A stretch of 64,000 bases of DNA from Sedimentisphaerales bacterium (GCA_963666285.1 OY762711.1), one strand, 5' to 3'. Shown: positions 1-10,097, counted from the first letter of the stretch. Notes: generated by a model not told the origin, from the sequence alone. Made by a program: numbers and translations.

Positions 1-1047
1 GTAAACGGGGCCGTTGGACTGGAGGGCGTCGCCATCGCCGACAATGGTTAGATCAGAGCATATGATCCGTTCGCCGGCGAGCAGTAGACCTTCAGCCTGG
101 CCCTTGGCGGTGGTCATAATGGTCATATTGACGAGGTTGATGTCTGTGCTGTGGTCAACCATGAACGCGGCACGACGTGAAGGGAAAGTGCCGGGCCATT
201 CGTTGGTGGCGACATTTAAGGGGTGGGGGTTGAAGACCTCGTTGTTGGCATAATGGACGATAACATTTTCGCGGCTTTCGCCGATGATGGTGAGGTTTGA
301 TTTGTTGCGGAAATACACGATTTCTTCGTAGTCGCCGTTTTTGATGAAAATGGTAATGGGTTTGGTGCTGTAGTCGGGTGTGGAGTCGATAGCACCCTGG
401 ACGGTATTGAAGCTGCCTGAGCCGTCGGCGCTGACGGTGAGGTATTGTGAGTTTGCGGGCGGTGGAGCGGTTTTGGTGGAGAAAGTCCAGGCTGTTTTGT
501 CGTTTATGCCGGGAAAACTGTTGTCAGGGGTTGTGAGCACTTCGGGATCGATTTGTATATAGTAGGTTTTGTTGTATTCGAGCAGGTTGTTGTGTGGGTA
601 GATAGTGGCGGTGCTGCCGTGGATGATGACGGGGTAAAAATGGAACGCATCGGTAAAGCCGCCGATGATGGTGAGCTGATAGGTGTCCGGGGTTGGCAGA
701 GCGGCACCGGACGGAGTGCCAGGTCTGGTGTTGGCGTTGGTGAATTTGCCGGGTAGATATTGGTAGGGTATGGGGGTGTAGGGAACTTTTGTTTTGTCTG
801 GTTCGGTAGGCCCTGGCGGAATGCTGAGGTCCAGTGTATCGATGAGCCGGTCGTCAGCGGCATCGTAAATGCGTACCTGGCCAGATGAGCCGAGGTTTGG
901 CTGGTCGGGGAAAGTTATTACCAGGTGGGTGTCGGGGTTGACGTTTTGGGCGTTGTTAGCTGGGGAAAGGTTGAAATTTTGGGCTAAACCCAGGTTGCAC
1001 ATGGTGAGAGATATAGTAAATAATGCCAAAACCAGAAACTTTTTCAT
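1..1047 (-). CDS. Pectinesterase (CE8)-like secreted protein with N-terminal Ig-like domain; 3' end runs off the window
   Basis: Not in the ORF track. Manual translation from ATG at 1047: signal peptide MKKFLVLALF..., then TVSADGSGSFNTVQGAID, IFIKNGDYEEIV, GQAEGLL, GDGDALQ, typical of pectin methylesterases. Confidence 0.85.
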   Translation of the reverse strand, partial: MKKFLVLALFTISLTMCNLGLAQNFNLSPANNAQNVNPDTHLVITFPDQPNLGSSGQVRIYDAADDRLIDTLDLSIPPGPTEPDKTKVPYTPIPYQYLPGKFTNANTRPGTPSGAALPTPDTYQLTIIGGFTDAFHFYPVIIHGSTATIYPHNNLLEYNKTYYIQIDPEVLTTPDNSFPGINDKTAWTFSTKTAPPPANSQYLTVSADGSGSFNTVQGAIDSTPDYSTKPITIFIKNGDYEEIVYFRNKSNLTIIGESRENVIVHYANNEVFNPHPLNVATNEWPGTFPSRRAAFMVDHSTDINLVNMTIMTTAKGQAEGLLLAGERIICSDLTIVGDGDALQSNGPVY

Positions 1048-1204
1048 AGCGGGCTCCTATAACCGTTAGTGATTAAACAATTCGTAATCTTATTATGGGA
1101 GATGCGGGAAATAATGCAAGATGATTTCGGGTAATGAAAAGGTCGGTTTTGTGCAGGGGTGGGAGGGAGTATTATTTAATAGTAATCAATTGATCTCAGG
1201 TTGG

Positions 1205-2152
1205 TTAACATAATTTATTATGCAGTTTCCGTACTTCTTTCCAGTTTGGGTATTGTTTTAGTAATTTTGAGATTAACTTAACATCCTTAGAGATACGGGC
1301 AATATGATATTGTGCAATCAGAAAATAATTTTTATTGCATCGTTTCAGGTCTGCTTTGCTGTAAAATTTTCGATTTACTACATTGTCGACAATATGATCT
1401 GTAATACTATTTTCTGGCCACATACTGTATTTAAAGCGATTTTGTTTTGAGCAAACGGTTATTGCCTGCCAGAAATCGACACTATTCCAAACTGTGTCGG
1501 TCATATAAAACCAGTCGGCATAAGTCATTTCAATTTTACTTGTTAATTTTGCTATCTTTTGCCACTGCTCAACAGCTTCGCTGCCTTGTTCCAAGACAGA
1601 ATGAGCTCTTGACATGGTTTTATAAGCTTCGATTGATCGTTTGCCTTTCAGTAACTTTATGGCAGATTCGGGTTTGTCCTGTGCGATGAACTCTCTGGCC
1701 TGCCAGCATATATCGCCTTTTTTATATAAGGCTTCACATGGGTCTTCTATCGCGATTTGATAATCTACCGCAGCATATTTATCATCAGGGTCTATTTGAA
1801 GTGCTTTTTTTAATACAGTTGCAGCTTTTTTGTTTTGGCCCATATAATAATAACAACCGCCAATTTCACGCATGGCAGGTGCATTGAGAGGGTCAAATTC
1901 AAAACTCTTTCTATACGCCTTTATGGCTGCTTTTGGGCAATGTGTAAAATCATGTACATCACCGATCATATAATATGACCAGCCAAGGAGAAACTTATCT
2001 TTTTTAAAGTTTGCTTTTTCGAGGCATGCTACAGCTGGCAAATAGTTTTCCTTGAGCCAGAAACAATCTCTGGCAATAACCCCAGATATTCCCCGTTGAT
2101 TGTACCATTGTAAATATTTTCTTGCACTTTCCAGTGTATAAGCCATGACCAA
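1205..2152 (-). CDS. Tetratricopeptide repeat protein
   Basis: TPR-like helices AIKAYRKSFEFDP and AATVLKKALQIDPDD. Confidence 0.75.
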   Translation of the reverse strand: MVMAYTLESARKYLQWYNQRGISGVIARDCFWLKENYLPAVACLEKANFKKDKFLLGWSYYMIGDVHDFTHCPKAAIKAYRKSFEFDPLNAPAMREIGGCYYYMGQNKKAATVLKKALQIDPDDKYAAVDYQIAIEDPCEALYKKGDICWQAREFIAQDKPESAIKLLKGKRSIEAYKTMSRAHSVLEQGSEAVEQWQKIAKLTSKIEMTYADWFYMTDTVWNSVDFWQAITVCSKQNRFKYSMWPENSITDHIVDNVVNRKFYSKADLKRCNKNYFLIAQYHIARISKDVKLISKLLKQYPNWKEVRKLHNKLC

Positions 2153-2180
2153 TACCTCATTTACAAAGTTATATGTTTAT

Positions 2181-2537
2181 TTACGCTCCGTTAAGTTTTG
2201 CTCTGAATACGAAGAAAACAGCACCGAGCAGGCAGACTCCGGCACAGGCATAATCGAAGGTTATTTTTTCTTTCATATACAGTATTGAGAACGGAACGAA
2301 AACCGAAAGGCTGATGACTTCCTGGATGATTTTAAGCTGTCCGACGTTCATTACCTGGTGGCCGATCCGGTTGGCGGGTACCTGGAGCAGGTATTCGAAG
2401 AGGGCAATGCCCCAGCTGATAAGAACGACCAGCAGCAGCGGTTTGTTGGCCAGGTGCTTGAGGTGTCCGTACCAGGCGAAGGTCATGAATATATTGCTAC
2501 AGCTTAATAAAACAACAGTTAAAAAGATTTTGTCCAT
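2181..2537 (-). CDS. DMT family (DUF486-like) small membrane protein
   Basis: SNIFMTFAWYGHLK, EYLLQVPANRIG and QLKIIQEVISL motifs; 4 TM segments. Confidence 0.9.
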   Translation of the reverse strand: MDKIFLTVVLLSCSNIFMTFAWYGHLKHLANKPLLLVVLISWGIALFEYLLQVPANRIGHQVMNVGQLKIIQEVISLSVFVPFSILYMKEKITFDYACAGVCLLGAVFFVFRAKLNGA

Positions 2538-2585
2538 ATCATTCTCGAAAAAAGTTTTATTTGTTTTGCATTTTGTGCGTGTTAA

Positions 2586-2747
2586 TTACTCAAACTGACC
2601 GATGTTCAGTTAGAGAGGTACCAGGTATTAGTTTTAGGTATTAGGGAAGGAATGCCGCTGAGCGGCAATCAATAAATTATTAATGTAACAGACTGAGCTA
2701 TAATTTATTATAGCTCAGCAAAGTGTAAAACCGATTACTTTGAGTAA
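2586..2747. repeat. Repeat family A, copy 1 (MITE-like, imperfect terminal inverted repeats)
   Basis: Starts TTACTCAAACTGACCGAT and ends ACCGATTACTTTGAGTAA; internal hairpin CTGAGCTATAAT-TT-ATTATAGCTCAG; homologous to 5549-5692. Confidence 0.7.
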
Positions 2748-2814
2748 ATTACATTTTTGATGGCTTTGAGATATTGTGCGTTTGGGTCGCCTTTGGTGGG
2801 TGCGATATACCCAC
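2735..2814 (-). repeat. 80-bp duplicate of the 3' end of the GH99-like gene (3792-3871)
   Basis: 78/80 identity by direct comparison. Confidence 0.95.
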
Positions 2815-2824
2815 TTTTTGTTTT

Positions 2825-3628
2825 TTACCAGTTATCATCATCGTCATCAAAATCAGGGTACTGTTCAGGGGAATCTCCTTTACGTTCTATAATACGTGGA
2901 TATTCGTCCTCATCAGCTTTAATATTAATTTTTTCTATCTTAAGTTCATGCCACCATTCATCGCCGAAGTCAAACAGGTAATAGAATTTTTGCCCCTCGA
3001 TTAAATGCAGTGATTCTAGAGTAGTTTTTGCACCATTAAGGCTGCTGTTATAAGATTCTGAGTCTTCACAATCGCACGGATGAGAATACCGGTTAGAATT
3101 TTTATATATTTTACGTGCATTGAAACTTTTTTGAGTTAGATGCGGGAAAAAGAAAGAATACAAATGTTCATCATATCTGTCAAAAGCATCAAATATGGCA
3201 TTATGTAAAGAATGAAGAGTTTGTCCTTCTCGAATTGCAATTTTTCGCCATATTTTTGCTCCAATAAGAGCTACTTTTATAATGCAGACCGGGCCAGAAT
3301 AAGTCGAACAATCATCCTCATCGCCAAAAATGTCACTGTATTGGCTTATATGATCGTATAAATCGTCAAGTTCGTCCTGGGTTTTCTCGTCTTGCTCGTT
3401 ATTGCTAAATTCGCCAATCTGGTCGAGTAATTCTTCAAGCTGCTGTGGTTCCGGATAAATTTCATATTTCTGACCTTTTTTGACTGTAATAGAAACCAAT
3501 CTGAATAGCTCTTGGTCCTCATAAAAAGGTTCATATGTTAAAAGTAGTTTCCGCTGCTTTTTTGTAAGTGGAATTGTAATTTTATCTTCCATGTATTGCA
3601 CCTCATAAAAATCGGATAATATGCTCAA
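2825..3628 (-). CDS. Plasmid pRiA4b ORF-3 family protein (likely start ATG 3592)
   Basis: IWRKIAI...TLHSLHNAIFDAFD...EHLYSF, YLFDFGDEWWHEL, YPRIIERKGDSPEQY. Confidence 0.85.
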   Translation of the reverse strand: MSILSDFYEVQYMEDKITIPLTKKQRKLLLTYEPFYEDQELFRLVSITVKKGQKYEIYPEPQQLEELLDQIGEFSNNEQDEKTQDELDDLYDHISQYSDIFGDEDDCSTYSGPVCIIKVALIGAKIWRKIAIREGQTLHSLHNAIFDAFDRYDEHLYSFFFPHLTQKSFNARKIYKNSNRYSHPCDCEDSESYNSSLNGAKTTLESLHLIEGQKFYYLFDFGDEWWHELKIEKINIKADEDEYPRIIERKGDSPEQYPDFDDDDDNW

Positions 3629-3791
3629 CTAATAGAGTTATTTTTGTCTGATCGGTCCGGTGTGTTCGTACTTCATATGACCGGGCCAAGCATGTGTTTC
3701 CAAACTATATTATTGCTATTTTAATTGGGATATCCAACTATAAACTTAATGAAATATCTTACATAAGATTGTCCTTCAAGTAAAAAAATGG

Positions 3792-4886
3792 TTACTTTGA
3801 GTAAATTACATTTTTGATGGCTTTGAGATATTGTGCGTTTGGATCGCCTTTGGTGGGTGCGATATATCCACCTTCGCCAAGCTCGTTCCAGGCATATAGC
3901 AGAATGAGTCTTTCGGCGGTGGTCTGGTCGGGGTGGCTGTCGAGCCACTTTACGGCGTCGTCGAGCAGGTTGGCGGTCTGGTCGGGAGTTCGGTCTGGGA
4001 AATACCATCCTTCCTGCTGGTTCAGGCCGGCAGGTCCTTCCCATGGCCGTTTGTCCCAGCCGGTAGTGACAACAGGTATATAAGGCTGGGTTTTGGAGCC
4101 TTGCCAGTTGGTATGATGGTGGGGGACCAGTTCGGAGTAGCTGTGTTGTTCTGATTTGTCGATGTAGCCCTTGTTGATGTTGTAGTGGGTTTTGATGGAG
4201 TAGCCCTGTTTGGCGGTACCATTGCCGCAGGAGGCGATAGCTATGCCTGGCAGCCCGGCTTTTCTGGCGGTAGCCTGTAGGATATCGAGTTCGGCTTTGG
4301 TCGCACCATCGGGGTTGAATAAGATGATAAGCGGTTTACCATCAACGGTGAGATGCTGTGGGTGTTTGAAATATGGCATCCAGAAATCCGCGGCGGCCTG
4401 CCATTGATCAGGTCCTTTGATATCGTAGCCGGCATGGTTGGCGACGAGCAGGCAGAATTTGATCCGATGGTTGTTTTCGGCCTTGAGGAAGAGGTTCAGG
4501 CTGGTATGTTTGGGGTCGGATTGGATGGCTGCCGGGTTGATGGGTTCGGCGTTGTCGTGCCAGTACCAGCAGAATGCGAACCATTCGAGGCCATGGTCGG
4601 CGGCGAGGTCGATCTGCTGCTGCATAGTGGGCATGGAGTCGTCACGCCAGCCCCATATCGGTTCCCTTTCGGGGAATTCTTCGACCATGCGGCGGGTAAG
4701 ATGGGTAGGAGCGTTTTTGGCCCAGGGCTGAGCGGGGTCATGGGTCCATCGGCTCTGGCCGGACCAGCCGTCGAAGTAGTAGGCACCAACCGATGCCCTG
4801 GGGGCAGGTTTATCGGTTTGGGCGAAGGTTGAGGCTGTGAAGCAGGTGACGATAAGTATGAGGATGAATAAAATTGTTTTTTTCAT
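3792..4886 (-). CDS. Glycoside hydrolase family 99-like / WbsX-like secreted protein
   Basis: Signal peptide; GAYYFDGW, QQIDLAADHGL.WFAFCWYW, GWDKRPW, YAWNELGEGGYI.PT. Confidence 0.8.
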   Translation of the reverse strand: MKKTILFILILIVTCFTASTFAQTDKPAPRASVGAYYFDGWSGQSRWTHDPAQPWAKNAPTHLTRRMVEEFPEREPIWGWRDDSMPTMQQQIDLAADHGLEWFAFCWYWHDNAEPINPAAIQSDPKHTSLNLFLKAENNHRIKFCLLVANHAGYDIKGPDQWQAAADFWMPYFKHPQHLTVDGKPLIILFNPDGATKAELDILQATARKAGLPGIAIASCGNGTAKQGYSIKTHYNINKGYIDKSEQHSYSELVPHHHTNWQGSKTQPYIPVVTTGWDKRPWEGPAGLNQQEGWYFPDRTPDQTANLLDDAVKWLDSHPDQTTAERLILLYAWNELGEGGYIAPTKGDPNAQYLKAIKNVIYSK

Positions 4887-4950
4887 AGCAGAATTGTGGT
4901 TGGCGGAGTTTTCTGTTGATAGTTTAATATAGTTTAGTTTTTTTGATCGT

Positions 4951-5433
4951 TTAATTAGTCGGCGGTGTGTCGCTGTTGTATATTTCGACTGCGATTTTAA
5001 GTTTGCCGTCTGGTTGAAGTTTCCATATGGTGATATATTTGCCGGTCTGGTTTATTGGTTCCTGTGAGCCGGGAAGGAGTATGGACTGTCGGAAAGTACC
5101 GATTTCATAGACCAGGCTGCCATCGGCCTGTGCATCGATAGTAGTGGATTCCAGAGCCAGGAATTTCATGCCGGAGGTGAGTACGGTTTCGGTCATTTTC
5201 TTTAAGTTTTGTTTGCCTTTAATCATGGGGTGGGTATTGGGCATAGATATGATATCATCACAATAGAACTCGAGCAAATCATCAATTTTGCCGTTGAGGA
5301 AGCATTGTTCGGCCTGGTTGCCAAGCGAATCGACGATGGATTTCAGGTCTTGTTCCGGCTTGCTGTTGATGTGGGAGCATCCGGTTTGCATGATTAGTAT
5401 TATGCCGAGGAATAGGATAATGATGTTTTTCAC
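4951..5433 (-). CDS. DUF4440/SnoaL-like (NTF2 fold) lipoprotein
   Basis: Lipobox-like TGC; LVYEIGTF, GKYITIWKLQPDG.LKI. Confidence 0.8.
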   Translation of the reverse strand: MKNIIILFLGIILIMQTGCSHINSKPEQDLKSIVDSLGNQAEQCFLNGKIDDLLEFYCDDIISMPNTHPMIKGKQNLKKMTETVLTSGMKFLALESTTIDAQADGSLVYEIGTFRQSILLPGSQEPINQTGKYITIWKLQPDGKLKIAVEIYNSDTPPTN

Positions 5434-5548
5434 GCCAGGCTCCTTTTTTTGCGGGATCAGAATATTATTGATAATTCACTATTAAATGCATTTTTGATAC
5501 TAAAGCAAGATTATTTGAAGGAATTATAATTGTTAATATTGAATATAT

Positions 5549-5692
5549 TTACTCAAACTGACCAATGGCCAGTTTGAGAGGTATCAGGGATGGTTTGCTG
5601 CAATGCGTTGAGCTAATTAAATCATTAATGTAACAATTTGCATTAAATTGTGTTACAGCAATAAAAGTGTAAAATCGGTCACTTTGAAATAA
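5549..5692. repeat. Repeat family A, copy 2
   Basis: TTACTCAAACTGACC...AAAGTGTAAAATCGGTCACTTTGAAATAA; similar to 2586-2747 at both ends and at TAATGTAACA. Confidence 0.7.
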
Positions 5693-5761
5693 GTATGTTT
5701 TGACTTTTTTTGGTGGGAAAGGGGGCGAGAATTGTCTGTTGTAGTCGTATAAATATCGCTA

Positions 5762-5790
5762 TTGACTATATTTCCGGTAGATATTATAAT
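5762..5790 (+). promoter_or_regulatory. Sigma70-type promoter of tmRNA
   Basis: TTGACT-17 nt-TATAAT, 30 nt upstream of the tmRNA 5' end. Confidence 0.75.
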
Positions 5791-5819
5791 AATATATTCA
5801 GTCACACTTTGGCTATTCC

Positions 5820-6175
5820 GGGGATGACAGGTATCGACCGGATTGTTTGAGGTGCGAGTGGCATGTCCAGGATGTCGGTTGGCCTGGTTAATCATCCGGC
5901 AACATAAACTTAAATGGCAACACACAGTTGCGCATGGCTGCCTAAATAAAGGCGCCCGTCTGTACCGAGACGCCCGCTATCGGATACAGGCGCCATTAGT
6001 GGGCTGGCTTGCATTGGTCGCCTGAGGCGATGCGAGTGAGATAATACTTTGGGCTGGCCGAAGAGATATCCTGTCTGTTGGAGATTTCCGAGGCGAGACC
6101 TTAATAAATAGACTAAACATGTAGAGGCTCGTACTGATCCATCACGGGACGGGGGTTCGATTCCCCCCATCTCCA
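5820..6175 (+). ncRNA. ssrA: tmRNA; tag reading frame 5916-5945 encodes (A)GNTQLRMAA
   Basis: 5' GGGGATGACAGGTATCGAC; 3' T-arm GGGGGTTCGATTCCCCC with CATCTCCA pairing to the 5' end; tag ends in ...AA-stop; CCA not encoded. Confidence 0.97.
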
Positions 6176-6448
6176 ATAAGCCCTTATTTTGCAAGGATTT
6201 ATGGAAGCTATTCTTGCTAATGCGCTAATGGGATGTGCTATTTTTTTTAGTGTTTCAAAGGATGAAAATTATTTCTATCTTCTCCTGATAATTCTTCTAA
6301 TTCCTTATTTAATAGATTGACTTTAAGTATTTGATTTTGGTACCATAGATAATGAAAATATGGGACTTATATATAGGGAGAAAGTTCTAAATTATTCCCT
6401 GATTCTCCCTTATTTATTGACTGCCTTAGATTATATAAAGGCTGTTCA

Positions 6449-9436
6449 ATGGGAACAGTTTTGAGGATAGAAGTTGTTAAGTGTTACGAAAGGAAGAATG
6501 GAATAATGAGGAATGTTTTTACAAGGTGTTTTCTGGGAGTAGTTACTTTAATGTTAGTAACATCAGGGGTAATAGCAGATGGAAATCTTCATGATACCAC
6601 AACTGGACAAATTGGAGTTATGTCTGTATCTTCTGGACCTGAATCAATCGATAATGCAGAGGATTATAAGTTTTTAGTTTATGATTGTGGCTCAATAGAT
6701 AATGGTAGTCAAACTACTGATATAGTCTTGGCGTTGGAAGAGTTGGGACTGTATTCAGATGATTATACTTTAAGAAGAGGTAGTTCAAATCCTGTTACTA
6801 TTCAAGATTTACAAGAACATGATATTCTTATTGTAGGTTGGAATCTTATAGGGGATATAAGTGGTCTTGACCCATCTGTTATTGATGTAGGCATTCATGG
6901 TAGGGTTATTTTGACTGGACATGATGCAGACTATCACACTGCTACTCATGCTGGAAGCCACGATGAGGGAGATTTCCAACCTGCTGATATTTTTCTTTCA
7001 CAAGCAATAGAATATGTTTTAGAGGGTGAAGGAACAGGATTAATTGCATTAGGAGACCCTGACGATGGTTTTTCTTGGCTTCCTTCATATTGGGGAATAG
7101 ATACTACAACAATTAATACTGGTGAAGAGGTTACAGAAATAACTACTGAAGGAATAGCAAGTGGAGTTTATGATAGACTTGACCCTAACTATCTCTCTGA
7201 TTGGTCATATTCTTATCATAATAGTTTTGATAATTGGGGAGTTGGTTTTGTTCCTTTTGAACTTGGAGAATATGCAAATGTGGAGAGAGTTATTACTATT
7301 GCGGCAAATATAAATCCTTATGCCTTTGAGTTTGATAAAGAAGATGATGTGGCTGATGAGGATTGTGTTTCTCCTGAAGAAACATTAACATATACAATTA
7401 CATGGAATAATTTGTCTGACACAATTTATACAGATGTTTCTATAGTTGATTATCTTCCATTTGAAGTGTATTATCCTGAGGGTTTCTATCAAGAGTCAGG
7501 AGACATTTGGAATCCAATTCCCCCAGACCCTAATTACTTTGAGGAAAGCCATTCCTATGTATGGAATATAGGGACAATTGGAGCATGGGAAACAGGAAGT
7601 GTTACTTTGGAAGTAGTAGTTTCTGAAGCGGCAATGCCTGGAATGTCTTTTATGAATATTGCATATATCTATTCTGGTCAAGCTACATTAGGTGTAGCAA
7701 ATGAATATACAAATGTATGTTGTTGGCAAACTACCAATCCTGATATTATTTATGTAGATAAAAATGCAAATGGATACAATTCTGGAATTAGTTGGGTTCA
7801 TGCTTATACTGATTTGAAAGATGCTGTTAACAGAGCTACTGTTACTGAATGTTCTGCAACGGGATATAAGATTTATGTTGCACAAGGAGAATATAGTCCT
7901 GGGGGAGATGTTTCTGATAGTTTTGATTTGCCAATTTATACAGAAATGTATGGAGGATTCATAACAGGTGGTAGTGACTTTGAAGACAGAAACCCAAACA
8001 AATATATTACTATTTTACAAGGAAAAATTAGTGATACATTACAAAATGAATCCATAGTTAATGTTGAAAATGAATGTATAATTGATGGATTTATAATTCA
8101 GAATGCTAGTGATTATGGCATTTATGGGAGTGATTCTGATTTTGAAATTAAAAATTGTCAAGTTCTTAATTCTGGATATGGTGTTTATTCTATTGGTGGA
8201 GATGTTAATGTAGAATGGTCATGGTTTAAATATAATACCCATCATGGGATTTATCACTATGGAGCAACGAAAACACTTTCAATCTTAAATTGTTTTTCTT
8301 CATTTAATAAAGAACATGGTATTTTAGCTGAAAATTCATCACTTACTCTCAAAAACAGCGTAGTCACTAAAAACGGTATCGAAAATGACGCATACTGTGG
8401 TGTTAAGGTGATAGACCCTAATGATGTTCCCGTCTTATATAATAATACAATCTCATACAATTATAACGAAGGCATTTCTTATGTAAAATCAGACCCTAAC
8501 GCTTTTGCTGATGTTCAAAATTGTATTATATATTACAATAATGTTGGTGGGGAGCAAATGTCTGGGATTGAGTATCCTGAATACTGTTGTATCTATGACC
8601 CTGTAAATGACCCAAATGGACTTGATTACATTGATTATGGGGATGGTAATGTCTCTGGTAAGCCAATGTTTGTCTATTTTGGGGACCCCAATAATATCCA
8701 TCTCGCATATAATTCAGAATTGATAGACAGTGGAAATCCATCTTTTACAAATGCAGAAACAGGCACTGAAGATATAGACAATGAAACAAGGATTATTAAT
8801 AGTTGGATTGATATTGGAGCAGATGAAGTCTATTCTTGTGATGACGATTTAAGTGAAGATGATATATATAATGAAAGAGATTGGAATGGAGATGGAATTG
8901 TAAACTTGCATGAGTTTGCAATGATGTCTGCTGCTTGGTTAGCCAACAGCCCAAATAACCCTGCTTACGTGGCTGACCCTAATTCATTTCCATCTAGCTA
9001 CTGTGATAACTGGGATGAGACATGTAATTTATATGTTGATTACAAAATAGACATATCAGACCTTACATTATTTACCCCTGAGTGGCTTTGGACTGCCTGT
9101 TGGAAAGATAGTTATGGTAGTAGATTTGAGAATGTTACAGTTCCTTTAGGTGGTGAGTCTTTGATGGTCTCTATGTCTTTGTCAGTAGAAACAATATCTT
9201 CAACAGAATTAGAAAGCATAAATGAAACAACAGAGGAAGAAAATCTTGCTATGTTGGTAATTGCTATCTATCAACTAATGGACATTATGGATGAGGCTAA
9301 ATATAACCCAAGTCCTGATTTTGCCATAGAGAACATTGATGAGGAAAAAGCCAAATTAGAAGAAATTCTATGGGAAATGTATGATGATTATTATTCAATA
9401 GATGGCAAAAAAACTAAGAAAGATAAATTTAAATAA
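6449..9436 (+). CDS. Large secreted protein: DUF11-like Ig domain, right-handed beta-helix, C-terminal dockerin-like EF-hand pair
   Basis: Signal peptide; TLTYTITW.N...IVDYLP; IIYVDKNANG.NSG.SW..AY.DL..A; IDIGADE; DWNGDGIVNL.EF..M.AAWL; very AT-rich. Confidence 0.75.
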   Translation: MGTVLRIEVVKCYERKNGIMRNVFTRCFLGVVTLMLVTSGVIADGNLHDTTTGQIGVMSVSSGPESIDNAEDYKFLVYDCGSIDNGSQTTDIVLALEELGLYSDDYTLRRGSSNPVTIQDLQEHDILIVGWNLIGDISGLDPSVIDVGIHGRVILTGHDADYHTATHAGSHDEGDFQPADIFLSQAIEYVLEGEGTGLIALGDPDDGFSWLPSYWGIDTTTINTGEEVTEITTEGIASGVYDRLDPNYLSDWSYSYHNSFDNWGVGFVPFELGEYANVERVITIAANINPYAFEFDKEDDVADEDCVSPEETLTYTITWNNLSDTIYTDVSIVDYLPFEVYYPEGFYQESGDIWNPIPPDPNYFEESHSYVWNIGTIGAWETGSVTLEVVVSEAAMPGMSFMNIAYIYSGQATLGVANEYTNVCCWQTTNPDIIYVDKNANGYNSGISWVHAYTDLKDAVNRATVTECSATGYKIYVAQGEYSPGGDVSDSFDLPIYTEMYGGFITGGSDFEDRNPNKYITILQGKISDTLQNESIVNVENECIIDGFIIQNASDYGIYGSDSDFEIKNCQVLNSGYGVYSIGGDVNVEWSWFKYNTHHGIYHYGATKTLSILNCFSSFNKEHGILAENSSLTLKNSVVTKNGIENDAYCGVKVIDPNDVPVLYNNTISYNYNEGISYVKSDPNAFADVQNCIIYYNNVGGEQMSGIEYPEYCCIYDPVNDPNGLDYIDYGDGNVSGKPMFVYFGDPNNIHLAYNSELIDSGNPSFTNAETGTEDIDNETRIINSWIDIGADEVYSCDDDLSEDDIYNERDWNGDGIVNLHEFAMMSAAWLANSPNNPAYVADPNSFPSSYCDNWDETCNLYVDYKIDISDLTLFTPEWLWTACWKDSYGSRFENVTVPLGGESLMVSMSLSVETISSTELESINETTEEENLAMLVIAIYQLMDIMDEAKYNPSPDFAIENIDEEKAKLEEILWEMYDDYYSIDGKKTKKDKFK

Positions 9437-9449
9437 GGAGAATTAAGTT

Positions 9450-10097
9450 ATGAAAAAGTTATTAGTTTGTATTATTGGATTGTTGTGTAGTATTTCATAT
9501 GCTTCATCGTTTGATTATACTATAACAAGTGGTTTTACTAGTGGATTCTTTAAAATAACTAATGAGTCTCTTCTTGTAGAAGGTGGTGGCATAGAAAATA
9601 TCCAAGCGTATGAAAATAGCTATGTAAAAGTCACTGGAACTGATGCTTATGTTTATCAAAATAGTGGGATAAGAACTATCACACTTAAAGATGATAGTAG
9701 TTTAGATTTATATGATGGTGAAATAGGGAAGGGTATTGATGCGTATGATTCGAGTTCAATCAATATATATGGTGGAAGTATTGAAAGCTTAACTGCAATG
9801 GGTGCCTCTACGATTAATATATATGGTGGGAATATTAGTGTTATTGATACAGCACAATATGTTCTATTTGATGATAGTTTTGAAATTACTATTGTTTGCT
9901 ATGATTGGGCTTGGGATGATGATAACAATATTCTTTCAGGTTATTGGGAAGATGGATCTATATTAAGTATAGAATTACCTGATTCTATTTGGGAAGATGG
10001 TTCAGCATATAGTTTGTATGAGCATGTTACTATAGTCCCTGAACCTTGTTCTTTAGTTCTACTAGGATTAGGTGGATTATTGATTAGAAGGAAGTAA
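9450..10097 (+). CDS. PEP-CTERM sorting domain protein
   Basis: C-terminal VPEPCSLVLLGLGGLLIRRK plus signal peptide. Confidence 0.92.
   Translation: MKKLLVCIIGLLCSISYASSFDYTITSGFTSGFFKITNESLLVEGGGIENIQAYENSYVKVTGTDAYVYQNSGIRTITLKDDSSLDLYDGEIGKGIDAYDSSSINIYGGSIESLTAMGASTINIYGGNISVIDTAQYVLFDDSFEITIVCYDWAWDDDNNILSGYWEDGSILSIELPDSIWEDGSAYSLYEHVTIVPEPCSLVLLGLGGLLIRRK

Noticed and set aside
2735..3871. DGR template/variable repeat pair
   Set aside because: Only two mismatches, not adenine-specific on one strand, and no reverse transcriptase in the window
1100..5500. Integron cassette array (co-oriented short genes with intergenic repeats)
   Set aside because: No convincing attC R''/R' boxes with matching hairpins and no IntI; the repeats look like inverted-terminus elements
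5843..6194. ORFs overlapping the tmRNA
   Set aside because: Spurious frames across ssrA
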